A stretch of 64,000 nt of DNA from Basidiobolus meristosporus CBS 931.73. Its lineage: Eukaryota > Fungi > Basidiobolomycota. Under the pieces are notes generated by a model, which saw only the letters and a list, made by a program, of their open reading frames with translations, did no database searches and was not told the origin of the DNA. The stretch spans positions 1 to 64,000 of the forward strand of contig MCFE01000286.1 of assembly GCA_002104905.1 (NCBI GenBank), in the 5' to 3' direction. The translations under genes and the position numbers were made by a program. This document shows, one piece after another, positions 58,954 to 64,000 of the stretch (its first letter is position 1; each line of letters opens with the position of its first letter).

Positions 58954-59675
58954 TCACTCCGATTTCTTACCCACACGGGCTGTTGAGAACGCTTGATAGA
59001 TCGCCGCCCATGAGCGAACCAACAAATAGCTTGGAATCACGATCCAGATCGCGTTCATAGTGACAAAATAGAACCAATAGTAAAGGGGATGAGGGTCGCT
59101 GTGAGGACTACCCTCGAAGAAGGTTGTAGCGAAGTAAAGAACGTCTCCATACAGCTGGCAGATTGAGACCGACAAAAGGCCCAGATGGCGGCCGGGCGTT
59201 TGATTGAAAATGGCATACGCTGTATAGAGGGCTAGAGGGCCGTCCACGTACTAAACCAACAAGCTGTTAGAGTAATTCGTATTCAATGCATTAGCCTGAT
59301 CAAGATTACCGCGGTAATTCGCTCCATGTTCAGTACGAACGGGTCACTAGAAAGGTAGCGGGAATCGCCCTTGGAGTATTCCTTCCATACTTGGCCCAAA
59401 ACGAATTGATCCCCAGCCAGGGAGGCATAGTTATGAACATAGTATCCTTCCAGGCCCACGTGAATGAGTCCAGCAAGCAAACACCACATGAACAATAAGC
59501 GGTCTTGAGTCTGAAGCTTTTTGTTCTGAAGTGCAATTTTTGCAGCCACCAGAAGAATCACTCCAAACGAGCCGAAGACCACAGTCAGAATGTGCCCTGT
59601 CCCACTCGTGTTGGGAACGTAGTGCGGCAGAGAAAGGTTCCTTGGATAATACGGATGGCTGATGACGGTGTCCAT
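58954..59675 (-). CDS. Emopamil-binding protein (EBP)-type sterol delta8-delta7 isomerase (EXPERA domain); 2 exons
   Basis: HPYYPRNL, GLIHVGLEGYY, VWKEYSKGDSRYLSSDPFVLNMERITA|DGPL, QLYGDVLYF, YWFYFVTMNAIWIVIP. Confidence 0.92.
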
Positions 59676-61949
59676 TGTTGGACTCAGTCCAGCAAAGGCC
59701 AGCCTTTATAATGGTCACGGTTGCTCGATACCGGAGGTTCCTGTTCATCCGTCCCGGGCAAACTGATTCCTCCACATTGACAAATAAGATCTCGATTTCA
59801 TTGATACTCGATGGGGTATCCTACTTGATTTATTGCGCCAAGACACCGGTGGTTCCTGGAAATATTCGAAGGGGGTTTAGTGACCTTGGTGCCTGCTTTG
59901 TTGTCCTACGAGTGTAAATCCAACTACGTTCTCTTTCGAGACAACGCAGCTTTCGTTAGCAGACATTGTAAGAGCATTGCCGGCATGATGACGTACAATA
60001 GAAATGAGCTCAACCCGGGTAAAAGGGTCCAGGCTACAACAAGCACCGTAAAGGTACCAGATCGGTTTTCAGGGATATAGGCTGTGGCGAGAAGATAAAA
60101 TATACTATCTGAATACTCTTTTTGGCACTCACAGGCGGAGTTCCAAATGAGTGGCTCATTCCAACCATGGCTTGAACTAATGGAAGGAATGGTTGAGGCG
60201 TTTTCGTGGCAGATTCACTATATTGGGGGTGCAGGGATATTATTCATTGTCTATACTTGCTTGGCTATTCATAAGCAGACATAGTGCATTATTGTTATTT
60301 CACTTCTGAGCTTCAAACAACAACTTATAAATACGCACTATGTAAAAACAACGGCAATTCTGTGAGCACACTTCAAGCTCAAGCTTTAAACTTGTAATAG
60401 GAGTTATTATACTTTTTGTCCTCGATGAAATACATCCTGATACCTGGGTAAAAAGGTTCGACTGAGTGGAGTATTGGTACTTTGCACAAATATGATATGC
60501 CACTATGGCATCGAGTGGTTATTTATTTTCTTTGAATACTCTGCGTTTGTACTAACTCAATCTGGCTTATTACAAGTAAACGCGTATAATTGAGTTAAAG
60601 GCACTTTGTTCTTTCTTCTGGTACTTTGGGGTTTTTTTCCTGCCCCTGCAGGAGGGCGTTCCGCTCCCATAACAACACCCTAATGCCTTCTTTCTATAGC
60701 AGTGTCTTCATTCTACCTTCCAAACTTGGTTGTAGGACCCGTCCAATTTTTCAGCAGAGGAATAGATCTAGTAATAGCAGTTGTAGACATTCCAAAAAGT
60801 CACACCTTGAGATGCATAATCTATTGTGAGGATTTTGGAGACATTGAAAGTGACTGGGAGAAATAGTGGATTACGTTTTATTCACTGGACGATTCATGGA
60901 ATCTAACAATGGTAATTATATTTTTACCAGGCCTTGGCAACACAGGCGCACAGAATATGATTAGAAAGATTCAAAGAGCATATAGACAAAGCTTTTGGAC
61001 AACCTTGAGAAATATCATGCTCCATTTACCTCGTATAGTGAAGAACATATCTAAAGTAATCCCAACAGAGAATTTGGCCAGGAGATATTCTAGTGAACAG
61101 ACTAGGGTCTAAGCGATCAACATAATATAGGCATATGGTGATGCAAAGCTTGTATTTACACCTAAATAATTCTTCAGCTTAGTCGCTTAGATCACAGCTC
61201 ATGAACTTTACCTTACGCTGGGATATAACTATCAAATTCTCAGGGTTTTGGTACTTAATATATAGTGAAAAAACTTGAGGTTGTTCAAAAGCCCCCAAAC
61301 TTTGCATGCATGCCCTTGAGACTTTTCTAAGCATACTTTATATGTGTATTCTGCCAAAACCATCTAAAGTATAAAACCACTTTTATATTCAATAAACCAT
61401 CAAGTAAAATTATACTACCAACTTATTACCCTGGAGATCTTTAACATCTTCAGAACTCTAAGCCTGCAGATTATGGAGAAATTTGGAAAACTTTACAAAA
61501 ACTAAAACACAAAAGTAGAAAAGAAATAGCACCATCCTGCAGTATGTGTGCTGTACTCTTGTGCACCCCGCCCATTGACCTCAATCCGACTACCTCATTA
61601 ATATGTCTTTAGGCTCTTTTGCTTCTAGAAGCCTAGTAATGTTCAACAGCTCAGTTACATTCTGCTGATCTTACCCAAGATGGTAAGCATCCTCTGGGTA
61701 AAAGCCCTATTTATCATTAAACTGAAAGTCGGGGACTGAATCGAGCCAATGAATGCATGTGCGGTAATCCTAAATCTCGGCCACACCCCGAGTAGATCGA
61801 CCATGGTGCCAGCTTTGGGCATGAGGAGTTGGAAATAATATGTGTATCCGGGGACCAGACATTCAATAGAAGTATGCGCTACTGGACGGTTGGTTTGTTA
61901 TTAAGCTCAGCTATAAATACACTGCCCGATATTGCTTATCACCATTACA

Positions 61950-62522
61950 ATGTAATCCAGTCTCAGGAAATCGTTACTCTTCCTCGTTGGCCTAGTGACG
62001 TCGACCCTCGCTCATATGGAGATGATGCAACCCCCACCACGCCATTCACGGCACAATCCGACCTGGTTAGGAACCCCGGATTACGATACGGGGAACCCAT
62101 TAGGGACCTATCCTTGTAAAGGATACAGGCAAGGAGGAATAGTTAGACCGTAAAGCTGGTGATTCTGTTCAGGCGAGTTTTCCCTCGATGACCCAAATGA
62201 TGGTACGGATTTGCCTGCCGCTCGACCGACCTTTACCATCCGACCCACAAAGGGTAACAGTAACACGACTTCTACGATCTCCGCAACTGCTACTCTGTCC
62301 CCGACCAGAGCAACTAGCTCAATTAACAATACAGCTACCGCTGAACCTTCCTCCCTTCCGGCCTCAGAAAATTGCAAAAACCTCTCTGCATGGAGTACAA
62401 AGAGTGCCTACAATGGCTCGAAAAGAGTAAGCTGTAATGGCCACTTGTGGCAAGCTAGATGGTGGAATCAAAACGAGACACCAGATGCCAATAACGTCTG
62501 GGTAGATTTGGGATCATGCTAA
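61950..62522 (+). pseudogene. Disabled AA11-type lytic polysaccharide monooxygenase with a C-terminal CBM5/12-like chitin-binding module
   Basis: The frame from ATG 61950 reads M*SSLRKSLLFLVGLVTSTLA|HMEMMQPPPRHSRHNPTWLGTPDYDTGNPLGTYPCKGYRQGGIVRP*: a signal peptide followed by an N-terminal His and an AA11-like motif. Lesions are a TAA at codon 2, a stop/frameshift at 62151 and loss of most of the catalytic domain. A T/S linker and WSTKSAYNGSKRVSCNGHLWQARWWNQNETPDANNVWVDLGSC (CBM5/12-like) follow. Confidence 0.8.
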
Positions 62523-62679
62523 GCATAAATAAAGTGGTGCACCATTATGGATAAAGTAACAACATTTCATCTTCATCCTGTGTGTCATCCATGCATTACT
62601 AGTATATATTTCCACTCCTGAAAATATTGACTGAACGGTCAATATATTAGGTAAGCACACATGTTATACTAGTCCATGC

Positions 62680-63540
62680 CCTGTGCTTCTACAAATATGC
62701 AATCGTGCAGAGGCCACAGCATTGTGCCGATGATGAGCCCCAAGACACAAGTAGTGCCTAGCCATCAAAATTTGTCACATTTAGAGAATATTCATAGAGC
62801 TTCATCGGCTGCTGGGAGAAGGGCCCTTGCATTTTTTATTGGTGAAACGCCAGCTATTTAAGAGTAAAATGTTTCCTTGTTAACTTCTGAAGTGGTAATA
62901 TAGATATAAGGGCCTTGCTTAGAAGTCTGACTCCTATACCAGCAAGACCACTGATGAAATACATCCACCAACTAGTAAACCACATCCTACCTGCTTTAAT
63001 GTCATGAAATACAGGATTGATGTCTTTGCCACTGACACTTTCCACTACATACAGTCAGGTTCTGACTAAATAGGCACAGACTGATAGGATCCATCAGCAG
63101 CAGGATGTATGCTAGGCATACATATGCCCAGAGCAGATTTTTAGAAAACTGCGATGTGTCAATTAAAACGATGGCAAGTGTTACAATGCTGCAGCCAAGG
63201 TATACACCCTGAACGACCACAACGCGCGCAGACTACGGAAGCTGAGCGAGCAGCTAGCTGGTTAAGAGTTTAATCGGTAAGGTCTAGGTTGCTGGGACGA
63301 CAGGCAGGTCTTGGTTTTGCTCGAAGTGTACTCACCCTGTGACAGCACCTTGGAAATGTTGCCGAGTATATTCTGTACGAAGTCCTGCTTCTCGTGCTGC
63401 GTGTGGCCGATGCCCAACCATAATATTTCATCCATACTAGCTCTCGTTGGAACGGATACCCAATCATTATATTAGACTGTGTCATTATACTAACTGAGTG
63501 CTCAACTCCTGCTCGTATCACAATCGCTTCCAAGACCAAA
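62680..63540 (-). other. Possible degenerate membrane-protein gene remnant (family not recognised)
   Basis: Successive hydrophobic fragments (IVTLAIVLIDT...LLWAYVCLAYILLLMDP; WFTSWWMYFISGLAGIGVRLL; WLGTTCVLGLIIGTMLW) are separated by stops and frame changes. Confidence 0.25.
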
Positions 63541-64000
63541 GGACCTCTGATCCTTGAAAAGATTGGCCCTTGTACGAGAGCGATGCGTACATCCCGAGTA
63601 GATCCCTCTTCGGGGGGGGGTTATTGGTTATTGTACAATGAAGAGATGGCTTTCTGAGTTAAGTTTGCTAATAGAGTTGCCGTGTCTCTTCCATTCATAT
63701 TTCATGTAATTCTTATCGCTACACACTGGTTTCAAAATCATTTGTGATCTGACACTGAAATCGAGTCCAGCCACGTGTCCGTAATCACCAAAGATTCATT
63801 CATCCTAGATTTGCAGTTTAATTGGCCCCCAATGGCCATCTAAATCGCCAAGTTCCAGTCAAAGTACCCATAAAAACCCGAGAAATGTGGTACATCAGCA
63901 GTAGGTCAGGCTGAAGATCCTTTCTCGTTTTAGTTCTGCGAAGAACAGATGGATCAACAATATTGGGGGCACTAGAGAGCGTAAAAGATCCTCCTATTAC

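Noticed and set aside
60100-61800. AT-rich region possibly representing a decayed mobile element
   Set aside because: No DDE, RT or gag motifs and no terminal repeats were recognised. Stop-codon density looks like non-coding DNA.
62151-62173. Possible 23-nt GT..AG intron that would rescue the LPMO reading frame
   Set aside because: It is too short, splicing leads to another stop, and it would not fix the codon-2 TAA or the missing catalytic core.

Overview
Eukaryotic, intron-rich genomic DNA (GT-AG introns with fungal-style CTAAC branch points). It is most likely from an early-diverging fungus (Zoopagomycota/Mucoromycota-like); this assignment is inference. The first 16 kb is the unusual part. 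It holds a spliced bacterial-type Pat/YncA GNAT acetyltransferase and an intronless 1198-aa fusion of a complete cytochrome-P450-reductase-like diflavin reductase to a full hybrid cluster protein (Hcp, an NO/hydroxylamine reductase family). A divergently transcribed HSF-type transcription factor follows, then three near-identical intronless argininosuccinate synthase genes in tandem, separated by unrelated ~750-bp spacers. From 18 to 60 kb lies a dense block of conserved housekeeping genes: a duplicated-domain DUF protein, Rad60/Esc2-like, LSM4, ATP14, TAF4, CTR9, RPL2, STT4, MAU2/SCC4, CENP-A, PCM1, a TEY MAPK, TAF12, SGF29, NMT1 and EBP. At ~62 kb there is a disabled AA11-type LPMO with a CBM5/12 module that the ORF track misses. 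No rRNA, tRNA, CRISPR array or intact mobile element was recognised. Exon boundaries were read by eye and are approximate.
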